A stretch of 64,000 bases of DNA. Origin: an uncultured delta proteobacterium. Lineage in GTDB: Bacteria > Desulfobacterota > RBG-13-43-22. The notes under the pieces were generated by a model. That model made no database searches and was not told where the DNA came from. It saw only the letters and a list, made by a program, of their open reading frames with translations. Shown here piece by piece: positions 32,401-40,269 of this stretch. A program made the position numbers and the translations under genes. Every line of letters starts with the position of its first letter. Within the stretch, counting starts at the first letter, position 1. Location of the stretch: the NCBI GenBank assembly GCA_963802945.1, contig CAWDKY010000028.1:146196-210195 (forward strand). The letters run 5' to 3'.

Positions 32401-33010
32401 GCCTTCTGATTTCGGCGATGACATCTCCGACCCGTAAAAGATTCTGTTGGGTCAAGTCCAATTTCCGCAGGGTCTCATTCTTTTTGCTCTTATATTTGGC
32501 AATGCCGGCCGCTTCTTCGATCCAGTAACGACGATCCTCAGGCTTGGAATCGATAATGGCCCCGATCCGTCCCTGTTCAACCACTGAATAGGCCTTGCTT
32601 CCAACCCCGGTATCCATGAATAAGTGGGTTATATCTTTAAGCCGGCATGGTTTATTATTAATGGTGTATTCGCTTTCTCCGTCCCGAAACAACCGGCGGG
32701 TGATGACCACTTCTTTGAAATCGGCATACTCCTGCGGAATGGAACCGTTGTCATTGTCCAGCACCAGGGAAACCTCGGCCATGCCCACGGAGGATTTTCC
32801 ATTGGATCCGGCAAAGATCACATCATCCATTCCCTTCCCGCGAAGCTGCTTGGGACTTTGCTCGCCCATGACCCATTTGACGGCATCCACAATGTTGCTC
32901 TTTCCGCATCCATTGGGACCCACGACTCCGCTTATTCCTTTCGGAAAAGAGACTATTGTCTTTTCTGGAAAGGATTTAAACCCATTAAGTTCTAATCTTT
33001 TAAGTTTCAC
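29438..33010 (-). CDS. smc: Chromosome segregation protein SMC
   Basis: GPNGCGKSN Walker A, long coiled coils with hinge, LSGGE signature, LDEIDA. Confidence 0.97.
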   Translation of the reverse strand: MKLKRLELNGFKSFPEKTIVSFPKGISGVVGPNGCGKSNIVDAVKWVMGEQSPKQLRGKGMDDVIFAGSNGKSSVGMAEVSLVLDNDNGSIPQEYADFKEVVITRRLFRDGESEYTINNKPCRLKDITHLFMDTGVGSKAYSVVEQGRIGAIIDSKPEDRRYWIEEAAGIAKYKSKKNETLRKLDLTQQNLLRVGDVIAEIRRQMNSLYRQAKKAERYKEIRKQSRAVELVLLAKEYQSLLEGKVQKEEEFGRQQGQTDEFRDECQSHETSLEQLQTELLGLEKQLKEKQEQFYRQKADLEKQEAQIQQYHNELKNIETEAVEIEREVQETEQWIIENETTEKTLAKEVSSFTQTLAREEEGVLKREQSLEESKKKLTKSQEQIEQTKDFLVTKLTELTKVRNMRAGLVKLQEDRQRRIIRQGEEKAQLLARLDFLNISIQEAEIKLVAKRESLRQAIEKIAQAQQQKIDAGKTQKKLEDELRDLEQASKQDQAQIRNLQEIRDNFQSYQNGVRALLQADWAKDSSPSPMFRQVLVEGLETEPGCETAVEAALGEALQALMIQDPVWAVKGIGFLKNREQGKASFLPLNIHLPSDGITSRYWEERGLIPLLSKISVQEELRPWLEVLLGSFVLVPDLTQGLEVWKNNSSRVCIVTLEGDLIDSKGIISGGSSRKPESGLLFQKNLIHRLEINVKEWQEKINLKQEMIRTIETDLSEQIKQIKALEDGKREEEEQILELEKRIIGHQEETKPMQRRLQLLILEEEEYRTQEEDQALEEQALSRQDETLNREIEGLRKDIQDKDGEIHILEGKLEQERQSLTLTYTQLSALKEKGEHIGKEWERLKESLFERQTRRKRLREKILTGNQIQAGLIEKVALGEKAAKNLLVKVDNLEAQIQTANQTWDKMIKQKEDRETLLKETRGFLNEAEQQENDLRMELAQTQMKIDHLKERTLEQSGLTPEEAVSHYLKGDEDLEALTIKRREFKEKLEQIGEVNLTALEEYNAFKERYDFYHTQEEDLLKSMDALKRAIQKINLTSKELFLSTFKVIQEKMDEVFPVLFGGGTAKLSLTDEDDPLESGVDIMVHPPGKRVTSMSLLSGGEKALTALALLFSTYLVKPSPFCLLDEIDAFLDEANIERFKNLVQSIVRDSQIILITHNRRIMEMADTLYGVTMEQPGISKLVSVRLDTIQ

Positions 33011-33134
33011 TTGAAAATATCTCCCCTGTTAATAAAGAAAACCTAATCCCGTGGCTGGTTTTATCTAAACCACTATCTCTTATTAGAAACTTTAATCCAA
33101 TTGTAATAAAAAAAATCATTTTGTAAAGAAAAAA

Positions 33135-33180
33135 ATACTATATGAGGGACTTATTAAAAAAAATATACAATATATAGTGG
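33135..33180. promoter_or_regulatory. NrdR-like box(es) upstream of smc
   Basis: ATACAATATATAGTGG (33165-33180) fits the NrdR consensus ACACWATATATWGTGT at 14/16; a weaker copy ATACTATATG begins 30 bp away. Confidence 0.55.
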
Positions 33181-33327
33181 GTTAGACTTCCCTAAAGAAT
33201 CCTGGACCTTTCCCCTAAAACCAATAAATTCGATAATCTTCACATCTGCTTTTTATAGCCTTTTTTAATAGATAGTCTGAGTTGGCCGTAAAACGGCGGG
33301 ATTCCAGGTTTTAGATTGGGTGATTCA

Positions 33328-33356
33328 TTGATTTTATTTAATAGTTAGTGTATCCT
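33328..33356 (+). promoter_or_regulatory. Sigma70-type promoter for the DUF5132/HMA2 cluster
   Basis: TTGATT-17 nt-TATCCT about 60 bp upstream of ATG 33418. Confidence 0.5.
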
Positions 33357-33417
33357 GTAAACAAAAAAACGGATTTATCGGTCTTGGCTGGAAAAACCCC
33401 AAATCAGAGGAGGGAGT

Positions 33418-33714
33418 ATGGCGCTTTTTAATGGATGGAAGGGAAATATTTTAGGAGGATTGGCAATCGGGATCGGAGCCTCGGTGGTTGGACCGGTGGT
33501 GAAACCCATCTTGGCTACCGTCGCTAAACCCCTGACCAAGGCGGCTATCAAAGGCGGCTATTTACTTTATGAAAAAGGGAAAGAAACCTTGGCCGAAGTG
33601 CAAGAGGTAGTTGAAGATCTGGTCGCCGAGACCAAGGCTGAAATGGAAGAGGTGCAAGAAGCCCCATCTGTTCTGGTGGATTCCGAACCCGCGGCTCAGC
33701 CCAAAGCCGAATAA
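33418..33714 (+). CDS. DUF5132-like small membrane protein
   Basis: GLAIGIGA..V.P...KPLTKAAIKGG...E.VEDLVAE.KAE pattern; strong RBS GAGGAGG. Confidence 0.75.
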   Translation: MALFNGWKGNILGGLAIGIGASVVGPVVKPILATVAKPLTKAAIKGGYLLYEKGKETLAEVQEVVEDLVAETKAEMEEVQEAPSVLVDSEPAAQPKAE

Positions 33715-33723
33715 GGTCATATC

Positions 33724-34224
33724 ATGTTTGATTTTCCTGAAGATACTTATGTCAGTCATGCCTCTCAAGGAAGGCTGCGTTTAAGAATACCTTCGAAAAA
33801 AAGGGATGCCGCCTTTTTTGCCCAACTTCAAGCGGTCCTTTCCTCTATTCCAGGCCTTGATCAAATCAAAGTAAACCCCTTGAGCGGCAGTCTCCTCATC
33901 CTCCATAGCGAACTTCCCGAGGAAATGGCCTCGTTTGTTAAAACCTTGGCCGGTCTCTCCCCAAAAAGTAATTCCACGGGTAAACCAAACAGCATTTATC
34001 AGAGGTTTACAGGGACATTTCGTCAAGTAAATACCCAAATACAAGGATTTACTAAGGGTGAATTGGATATCCCGACGTTAAGTTTTATTGCCCTTTTAGT
34101 CGTGGGAATCTACCAGATCAGTCGGAAAAATTTCACTGCCCCGGCCTGGTACACGGCTTTTTGGTATGCCTTAAATATTTTTTTACAATCTAAGGAACGA
34201 TCATGGTCAAGAAACAGGACTTAA
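33724..34224 (+). CDS. HMA2-type domain membrane protein
   Basis: H..QGRLRLR, VNPLSGSLLILH, C-terminal hydrophobic segment with PAWYTAFWYA. Confidence 0.75.
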   Translation: MFDFPEDTYVSHASQGRLRLRIPSKKRDAAFFAQLQAVLSSIPGLDQIKVNPLSGSLLILHSELPEEMASFVKTLAGLSPKSNSTGKPNSIYQRFTGTFRQVNTQIQGFTKGELDIPTLSFIALLVVGIYQISRKNFTAPAWYTAFWYALNIFLQSKERSWSRNRT

Positions 34225-34274
34225 ATAAAAAGTTACCTCTACCCGCTAAGCAACCAGCAAAAAGGAGAACGAAT

Positions 34275-34931
34275 ATGCCCAACAAACAAGAACCCAAAAG
34301 CCCTGCCCAAGGCCCGGGCATCGGCAAGGTTGGAACGAGCGTCAAAGATGGAGTGGTCAGCAGCCTTAAGGGAATCAATGAGATCGAAGCAGAAATAGTG
34401 ACTTTGGTTAGAAACACCGTTTCCACTACCTTGCGGACCACCGGTTCTTTGGCCGGCGAAAGTTTAAACGTCGCCAAAGAAGTGATTAAGGGGGCCATCC
34501 AGGGCACCGAAGAAGTGGGCACAGGTCTTATCCTGAGCACAAAAAGCGTTGCCAAGGGAATGATCATGGGCATCAGTGATGTAGGTGGAGATGTGGTCGA
34601 CATGGCCAATCAAACCGTCAAAGGGGCCGTCAAAGGCGCTTCCGAAATTGGAGCCGATGTGGGCCTGGTAGCCAGAAGGACGGTAGACGGCGTCATTGAA
34701 GCCACCAAAGAGATCGGGGGAAATGTGGAAGAGGTCGCTAAGGTGGCTGTCGGCGGGGCCATAGAAGCAGCCGGGACCATTGGGACTATGGCCGTCCGCT
34801 CGGTAAAGGATATGTTGGTCGGGGTGGCCGAAGGGGTTAAAGAAGTGGCCTCCAATTTGGTTCTCAAAACCAAATCGGGCCAAGCTCCGGAAATTAACTC
34901 CCGGCCCAAGGGTGGAAAAGGGAAAGCCTAA
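34275..34931 (+). CDS. Hypothetical protein with 22-residue Gly/Ala/Val-rich amphipathic repeats
   Basis: RBS AGGAG before ATG 34275 (in frame with ORF 34203); about six tandem 22-aa repeats. Confidence 0.75.
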   Translation: MPNKQEPKSPAQGPGIGKVGTSVKDGVVSSLKGINEIEAEIVTLVRNTVSTTLRTTGSLAGESLNVAKEVIKGAIQGTEEVGTGLILSTKSVAKGMIMGISDVGGDVVDMANQTVKGAVKGASEIGADVGLVARRTVDGVIEATKEIGGNVEEVAKVAVGGAIEAAGTIGTMAVRSVKDMLVGVAEGVKEVASNLVLKTKSGQAPEINSRPKGGKGKA

Positions 34932-35229
34932 CATTTGATCCGGTCGATTCATGTCGCGGTAGAAGGCAGTGTCCGTTTTCGGGTTTTGCCTTACCTTAAT
35001 TGTTGTCTCACTTATGCGGTGTTCAATAATAATCGTGCCCCTGTTTTTTCTTGCTGGTTTAATAGCCATGGCACTGAAGGAAAGAAAAGAAACAAAACTG
35101 GACGAGGCAAAGAAAGCCCCCCTGTTACCGGTGTAACGAAGGAAAGCACGATTCCAAAGCAGAAGTAGCTTCATTTAGAAGTGGCATCAGTCTGAAAATG
35201 TCAAACAGCGGCGAACGGCAACTGAGGAG

Positions 35230-35799
35230 CTAACCGTTGGGCTGAGAAATCGGTGCAGGCTGGTGGCTGGGATGCAGCTTTACGAAGGAATCAAAAGCCA
35301 GCCAGAGGAAGACCCAACCTGGGACTTGTTCGAATCTAAGACCGCTTCGTAGTATAGTCCACACCCCCACCCCAACAAAGGCCAAGGGAAGGGCTATTTT
35401 GAGGTTGATATTGACTCCCGTCATCTGGGATAAACGCTTGTTCAAGTCCTCTACAGCTCCGACGAAAGTCAATGGAGCTTCGCTCTTACCATTCGTCGAA
35501 AGTGATGCATCGATAGATGGTGCCTCGGACAGATTTCCAAAAATTACATCCATATCTTCAAATACCTGACGGATCTCTGACACGTTGTGCTGTTGTGGAT
35601 TATAGTTGACGGTGACGCTCCCGGTAGCAGCGTTTACATTCACCTTATCAATGGCGTCATGCTTCCCCAAATGTTCATTAATACGGTTCAACACAGATGG
35701 ATGCCTGCTCTCTGGGCTGAGTTTGATCCGCAACCGGCCCGGAACATGGCTCGCCACTCGAGCCTGGTGAACTTGATGCGGTTTCTGAGGATTCACCAT
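35230..35799 (-). CDS. HMA2-type domain membrane protein
   Basis: HVPGRLRIKL, VNAATGSVTVNY, C-terminal TM segments with VPGWVFLWLAFDSFVKLH; RBS GGAGG. Confidence 0.78.
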   Translation of the reverse strand: MVNPQKPHQVHQARVASHVPGRLRIKLSPESRHPSVLNRINEHLGKHDAIDKVNVNAATGSVTVNYNPQQHNVSEIRQVFEDMDVIFGNLSEAPSIDASLSTNGKSEAPLTFVGAVEDLNKRLSQMTGVNINLKIALPLAFVGVGVWTILRSGLRFEQVPGWVFLWLAFDSFVKLHPSHQPAPISQPNG

Positions 35800-35940
35800 T
35801 GTCTTCCTCCAAGCAAATCAAGCGAGTTAGGTTTTAAATCTACCCTGGATTCTCCTTCATGTGGTTTCAATTGCATTTTCTTTATACCATTTATCATCGA
35901 TGATTTCAAACGGTAATCCTTGTTTCCCAACGACTTGGTT

Positions 35941-35970
35941 GACCAACAAGTTATTCTAAAGGTTCTGTCT
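35941..35970 (-). other. attI-like recombination site, copy B
   Basis: Minus strand ACAGAACCTTTAGAATAACTTGTTGGTC; shares the 16-bp core CCAACAAGTTATTCTA with 40720-40735. Confidence 0.5.
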
Positions 35971-36056
35971 GACTCTACACCCTAAATACTTTATTAAGGT
36001 CTCTATAAAAAAAACTTACATTGTCTATTAGAAAAAATTTTTCGTTTTTATCATGG

Positions 36057-36256
36057 CTATATTCGGAATTGGTTTTAATATTAAGAGGATCGTAGGTAAA
36101 GGGAATGCTGATGGATTGGATGGATCTTTTGAAACATGGATCTGGGCCATAAATCTCCTTAAGAACCTGGAGAGAGTTTTACCAATACTGATATTATGAC
36201 AAGGTTAGCATAACCGTGTAATTTGTCAATAAAATTCTCAGAGAAGAAATCAATTT
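36057..36256 (-). repeat. Diverged ~200 bp direct repeat, copy B (promoter plus short leader ORF 36028..36150)
   Basis: Aligns by eye with 42100-42300; contains TTGACA-16-TAACCT (36202-36229, minus), AGGAG RBS and MAQIHVSKDPSNPS. Confidence 0.85.
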
Positions 36257-36347
36257 AGTTAGGGGATGAAGGAAAAGATTATAACGTGTCTATTGGGGAT
36301 TGGGTCGCACAAAAAATTGCTTAATAATTTTTTTTAAAAGGTCAGTC

Positions 36348-36415
36348 TGATCTTCCCCCAGTATAACGGACAATTGATTAGGGATTAAAAAATTACACAG
36401 CTCATAAAATTAAGT
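36348..36415. mobile_element. Possible isolated IS3-family end
   Basis: TGATCTTCCCCCAGTATAACGGACA resembles IS3-family terminal inverted repeats; no partner end or transposase seen. Confidence 0.35.
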
Positions 36416-36684
36416 ATGCTTTCTCCGGAATTTATGAAAACTTGAAAAGGAATGGTCAGGGAATTGGCAGCCGTACTGAATGGAACAACGAATGGGGATG
36501 GATCCGTATTCCAGAAGAATCCCCTTCAGACCTTGAAAAATACACCCCCGTGACTGCTTCGAAAATTTCTGGCAACAGGCAAGTCCCGATCGCTACTTCC
36601 CTCAGGTTAAAAAGAACGGAGTAGCTGCCGTTCCCAAGCAAAAGGAAATCCGACCGGAACAAATTATTCCAATGGAAGAAGATT

Positions 36685-37188
36685 TTAAAAAATTTTAAAG
36701 GAACTAAAACAAGAATAAACCCTCAACATTTCCTTCAATTGCTCAACACGCGGCTCAGTGGGAGCCGGGTTTTTCGGCGATCCACGGCAGCCGATGGTTA
36801 GCGTTCTATTTGCTACGATCCGTGTATGGGCGCGTTGGTGCTCCGGTGAATTGCTCTTGTTATCTCTTAACTTGTTCAGATTGTCTTTTGCTTCTGGATT
36901 GATGTCTAATTCAAACTGTAGTTCTTTGCAGGGAAAATCAGCACATTCAATGCAGGAATTGTACTCCCTCTCGACGCAACATTTACGCATTTTACATAAA
37001 TTGCGGCAATTAAATGAAAGCCTTTTACCTGCTCTACAACCATCGCAGATTACATACTCAGGTTTTACATCAGTACGATACAACTTCGACAAATTTTCAG
37101 CGACTCTTACTAATTCTTCATCATTTCCTGATTGGGTTGCATGGTAGCTATCACATTTCGAACAGTCTATTCCGCAATAAGCAATCAT
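36685..37188 (-). CDS. DUF3795-like cysteine-rich protein (gene cassette); C-terminus reads through the attC region
   Basis: IAYCGIDCSKC...CDGCR...C...KC...C.EC.DFPC pattern. Confidence 0.8.
   Translation of the reverse strand: MIAYCGIDCSKCDSYHATQSGNDEELVRVAENLSKLYRTDVKPEYVICDGCRAGKRLSFNCRNLCKMRKCCVEREYNSCIECADFPCKELQFELDINPEAKDNLNKLRDNKSNSPEHQRAHTRIVANRTLTIGCRGSPKNPAPTEPRVEQLKEMLRVYSCFSSFKIF
36741..36803 (-). other. Integron attC site
   Basis: Minus strand CGCTAAC catcgg CTGCCG tggatcgccgaaaaacccggctcccac TGAGCC gcgt GTTGAGC; interior similar to the attC at 39496. Confidence 0.8.
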
Positions 37189-37207
37189 TTAGTTCTCCAT
37201 ATTATTA

Positions 37208-37264
37208 AGATAACACTAAAAGTCAGCGGTGGCTTCAGCCATCCGCTGGAATTTGTAGTTAGAA
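37208..37264 (-). other. Integron attC site
   Basis: Minus strand TTCTAAC tacaaa TTCCAG cggatggctgaagccaccg CTGACT tttagt GTTATCT. Confidence 0.85.
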
Positions 37265-37396
37265 GATCACAGTTAGTTTTAATGTACTTTTAAGGGGTCA
37301 AATATTTTGCGTTGACAATTCTTCCTTCATTTACTTTTTAATATTCGTCTATAGAAAAGATTTGACATCTTTCTGCCCCTCTCTTTTCCCTGACCT

Positions 37397-38899
37397 TTAT
37401 CCATTCTGTGCTATCAATGTATCTAAGTAATTCTTTAGGCCATCAAGAATACCAAGCTGTAAAGCTAAAAAGTCTTCCTTTCCAAGCAGTTGTATACTTA
37501 ACTTTCCAGAATATTTCATAACTGTTTTAGTGAGCTGTTTCTCTTTAGCCCTAATTTTAGACGCCTTTCCATGATCCAAATCATGGCGTAGATCTATACG
37601 CAACGCAACTATATCTCTAACCATGTCTGGCAAAGTAGATCCCAATCTTGTACCAGACCCACTCCCCTCATAGATGATTTTATAAAGCGCATCAATAAAT
37701 TGCCCATATAATTCCTGGTTCTTTAAGGTACTTTCAATAAGACGTAACCCTTTTGCAGTTTCATTTGTCGCCTTGAATAGGTCCTCACCATTTTTACTAC
37801 GATATACCTCATTACACTTGTAAACTAAGTCTCCTACGCGGGTGGCCAAGGATTGAATTTGCTTTTCGATAGATTTTTCCATCGATCCAGTTTTCAAAAA
37901 GCATTGTGCATAAGAGGGATCAAAGAGGATTAGTTTCTTGACCAGGATTTCATTTCTCTTTTCAATTGATTCACGATCTGCAGTACCATAGTTAATGGCC
38001 TGCTGGTATGCTATCAAGTCACCGTCAGTTGCCAGTTTTCCCTTCTCAACTTCAGATCTCAAGTTATGAGAGAATTTTTCAAAAAATTCCCCCGACCTTT
38101 TTTCCATTTTCCTTAATTGTCCTGAATCCTGGATTTGAGCTGAAAGATAGCAAAAGGAGACAATTGACGCTCGATTTCTTAAGGTGCTCGTTTTAGCTGG
38201 GAACATCTTATTCATTGAATCAAACAATGATTTCAATTTCTTACCGAGAGTAGATCCCGATGAAAAGTTGATATTCTCCCTGAACATCTTCTCTAGTTCT
38301 GCAAACCTCATGCGTGGCTGTATGCCCTTCAAAATTAAAAATGCAACCTTTGCACAAGTATCAAAGTGGGCGTACCTTGTGTCTTGGGCCGCAACTTTTT
38401 CTTTAAAAAAAGTATGCTTGGTGAGTTCACGAAGAAAATCCCGCAAGCCACTCTCAATTGCATTAAGTTTTTCAGGAGTATTGAGAGCTGTTCCCAGTTG
38501 CAGTCGTTGAAAAAGCTCCTTGACTTCATCATCGGTTGCGTCTTCGATTTCTTCAACCTGTAAAACAAAGTCGTCGAATTTATCTGATATAGCGGGCTTT
38601 AGATCCTCATACAGAGGGCCACCATAAGATTTTTGTGATTCCTGAGACAAAGGAATTTTATTGTCGAAAAATTCCCAGATTGTGATTAACCGTTGTTGAC
38701 CATCAACACATTCAAAAGTTTCGTCTCCAACCTTACGAAAGTAAAGGACAGGCACGTGCCATTCTTTAAGGATTGTATCTAAAAATTTTTGTTTCTTTTT
38801 TGGAGGCCAAACCGCACCACGCTGCCAGTCAGGTATCTCAATTCTATCTCGTCGCTTATAAAGCTTATCCAATGCTCGAGGACGAAGCTCCATTCTCAT
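37397..38899 (-). CDS. DUF262 (GmrSD N-terminal/ParB-like) domain protein in a gene cassette
   Basis: IPDWQRGAVW, VDGQQR, LFQRLQ.G..LN motifs; C-terminal RIDLRH may be an HEPN Rx4H motif. Confidence 0.85.
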   Translation of the reverse strand: MRMELRPRALDKLYKRRDRIEIPDWQRGAVWPPKKKQKFLDTILKEWHVPVLYFRKVGDETFECVDGQQRLITIWEFFDNKIPLSQESQKSYGGPLYEDLKPAISDKFDDFVLQVEEIEDATDDEVKELFQRLQLGTALNTPEKLNAIESGLRDFLRELTKHTFFKEKVAAQDTRYAHFDTCAKVAFLILKGIQPRMRFAELEKMFRENINFSSGSTLGKKLKSLFDSMNKMFPAKTSTLRNRASIVSFCYLSAQIQDSGQLRKMEKRSGEFFEKFSHNLRSEVEKGKLATDGDLIAYQQAINYGTADRESIEKRNEILVKKLILFDPSYAQCFLKTGSMEKSIEKQIQSLATRVGDLVYKCNEVYRSKNGEDLFKATNETAKGLRLIESTLKNQELYGQFIDALYKIIYEGSGSGTRLGSTLPDMVRDIVALRIDLRHDLDHGKASKIRAKEKQLTKTVMKYSGKLSIQLLGKEDFLALQLGILDGLKNYLDTLIAQNG

Positions 38900-38912
38900 A
38901 TTAATATTCTCC

Positions 38913-38969
38913 TTCTAAAGACAAAATCAGCGGCGGCTGTAAGATGTCTACTGGATTGCTTTGTTGGGC
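38913..38969 (-). other. Integron attC site with mutated R' box
   Basis: Minus strand GCCCAAC aaagca ATCCAG ... CTGATT ttgtc TTTAGAA (GTT replaced by TTT). Confidence 0.7.
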
Positions 38970-39025
38970 TATTCTTGTCTTCCCTTTGTCCGCCGCCAAT
39001 GGCTAACCCCACCGCCTTCGTATTT

Positions 39026-39475
39026 TTAGGAGGTGGAAAGCGATTTCCTTTTGAAAACAGCAATGATCAATGTTGCAAGCATTGATGATATAACACCCAA
39101 GATGAAAGAAATTCCTCTATCAAGCCATAACTTTCTTGCCGAAACCTCCGATTGCAATCTAAAAATTGCTTCAATAGTTTTCCGATCAGCCTCGATAACA
39201 GGCTTAATCTTCTTTTCTTCTTCTTTTAATTCTTTTATGGCTTTCTCCGACTCGACTAAATTTCTCTTCTGGTCGTTGACAAATGTTTGTAGTCTCGCCA
39301 AATTGTCACTCACGTTATCTAATGTTTTTAATTGGGAGGAATATTCAAATTCGTGTTTAGATTTCTTAAGTACATATTTATCATGAATGAGAACGGGTAC
39401 GCTAGCAAGCAAACCGATCACAAGTGCAATGATCACGTGTCCTGGAAAATATTTTAGAAAACCTCTATCAACCAT
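39026..39475 (-). CDS. Hypothetical membrane protein, two TM segments flanking a coiled coil (gene cassette)
   Basis: Hydrophobic N- and C-terminal helices; lies between GTTGGGC and the complementary GCCCAAC. Confidence 0.75.
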   Translation of the reverse strand: MVDRGFLKYFPGHVIIALVIGLLASVPVLIHDKYVLKKSKHEFEYSSQLKTLDNVSDNLARLQTFVNDQKRNLVESEKAIKELKEEEKKIKPVIEADRKTIEAIFRLQSEVSARKLWLDRGISFILGVISSMLATLIIAVFKRKSLSTS

Positions 39476-39495
39476 TTGACGACCTCACTATCTGT

Positions 39496-39559
39496 GCCCA
39501 ACATCACGTGTCACCGGGAGCCGGATTTATCGGCGATCCGGTGCAACCGCTTGTTGGTA
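39496..39559 (-). other. Integron attC site
   Basis: Minus strand TACCAAC aagcgg TTGCAC cggatcgccgataaatccggctcccg GTGACA cgtgat GTTGGGC; the upstream ORF runs into it. Confidence 0.88.
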
Positions 39560-40269
39560 TGTTTATACTTTTTAAGTTCCGAAAAGTTCGCTATCCTTCC
39601 TTGTGTCTTCTGGGTGCCATAAACGATGTTAATGCCATACCTATTTGAAAGTTCTTGTCTAATTACTTCGGCATGACCTGACGGCACCCCTGTAAAGACT
39701 ATCATAGGCGAAAAATGAATACCAGTTCTGTCGATCATTTTCTTTCTTGATATGAAAGCAGGCAGAAACTCCAGTACAAGGCCAGTGAATCCAAACAAGG
39801 CCTCGGGAAATGGGACTAAATGTTTAACCTCAACAAATGAGAAAAGTTGTTGGTTGCCCACATAGCTGTGTCGCCTTCCGTTCTTAAGTTTGACGGTAAC
39901 CGCCCCATTCACAGCACATACAGCAACATCCGGCGTATAATATAGATGTTCGTTATGTGCAGATTGAATTTTGGTATTGTGAAAGATACATATGGGTTTC
40001 TTGGAAGCCAGGTCTGTAGCTTCAAAATAAGAAAAATTATCTATCAAGCCTGTCGAGACTATCTTATAACGAAAGGACTTCCTAGGGCCTAGGTTTTTGG
40101 CGGTCAAATTGAATCCTCGGTCTTGGTAATAGGCTACAACTGAGTTGTAGGTGGCTACTTCTACCAGGCTGGAAATTCGTTTGGCATTTGTTCTGCGAAA
40201 GTAACCGTTTTTCCTTATGAATTCTTTCGCTTGATCTATTAGCGTTTTCCGGTCAATCCACGGTTGCAT
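39511..40269 (-). CDS. Hypothetical protein with PD-(D/E)xK nuclease-like motif (cassette gene 2)
   Basis: YTPDVAV ... FVEVKH; overlaps the upstream ORF by 17 bp. Confidence 0.6.
   Translation of the reverse strand: MQPWIDRKTLIDQAKEFIRKNGYFRRTNAKRISSLVEVATYNSVVAYYQDRGFNLTAKNLGPRKSFRYKIVSTGLIDNFSYFEATDLASKKPICIFHNTKIQSAHNEHLYYTPDVAVCAVNGAVTVKLKNGRRHSYVGNQQLFSFVEVKHLVPFPEALFGFTGLVLEFLPAFISRKKMIDRTGIHFSPMIVFTGVPSGHAEVIRQELSNRYGINIVYGTQKTQGRIANFSELKKYKHTNKRLHRIADKSGSR

Noticed and set aside
34190-35174. Several long minus-strand ORFs (139, 236 and 99 aa)
   Set aside because: Shadows of the repeat protein on the + strand, which has the RBS and coherent periodicity
36442-36662. Short ORFs after the last attC as a fifth cassette
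   Set aside because: No RBS, recognisable domain or closing attC; likely decayed sequence
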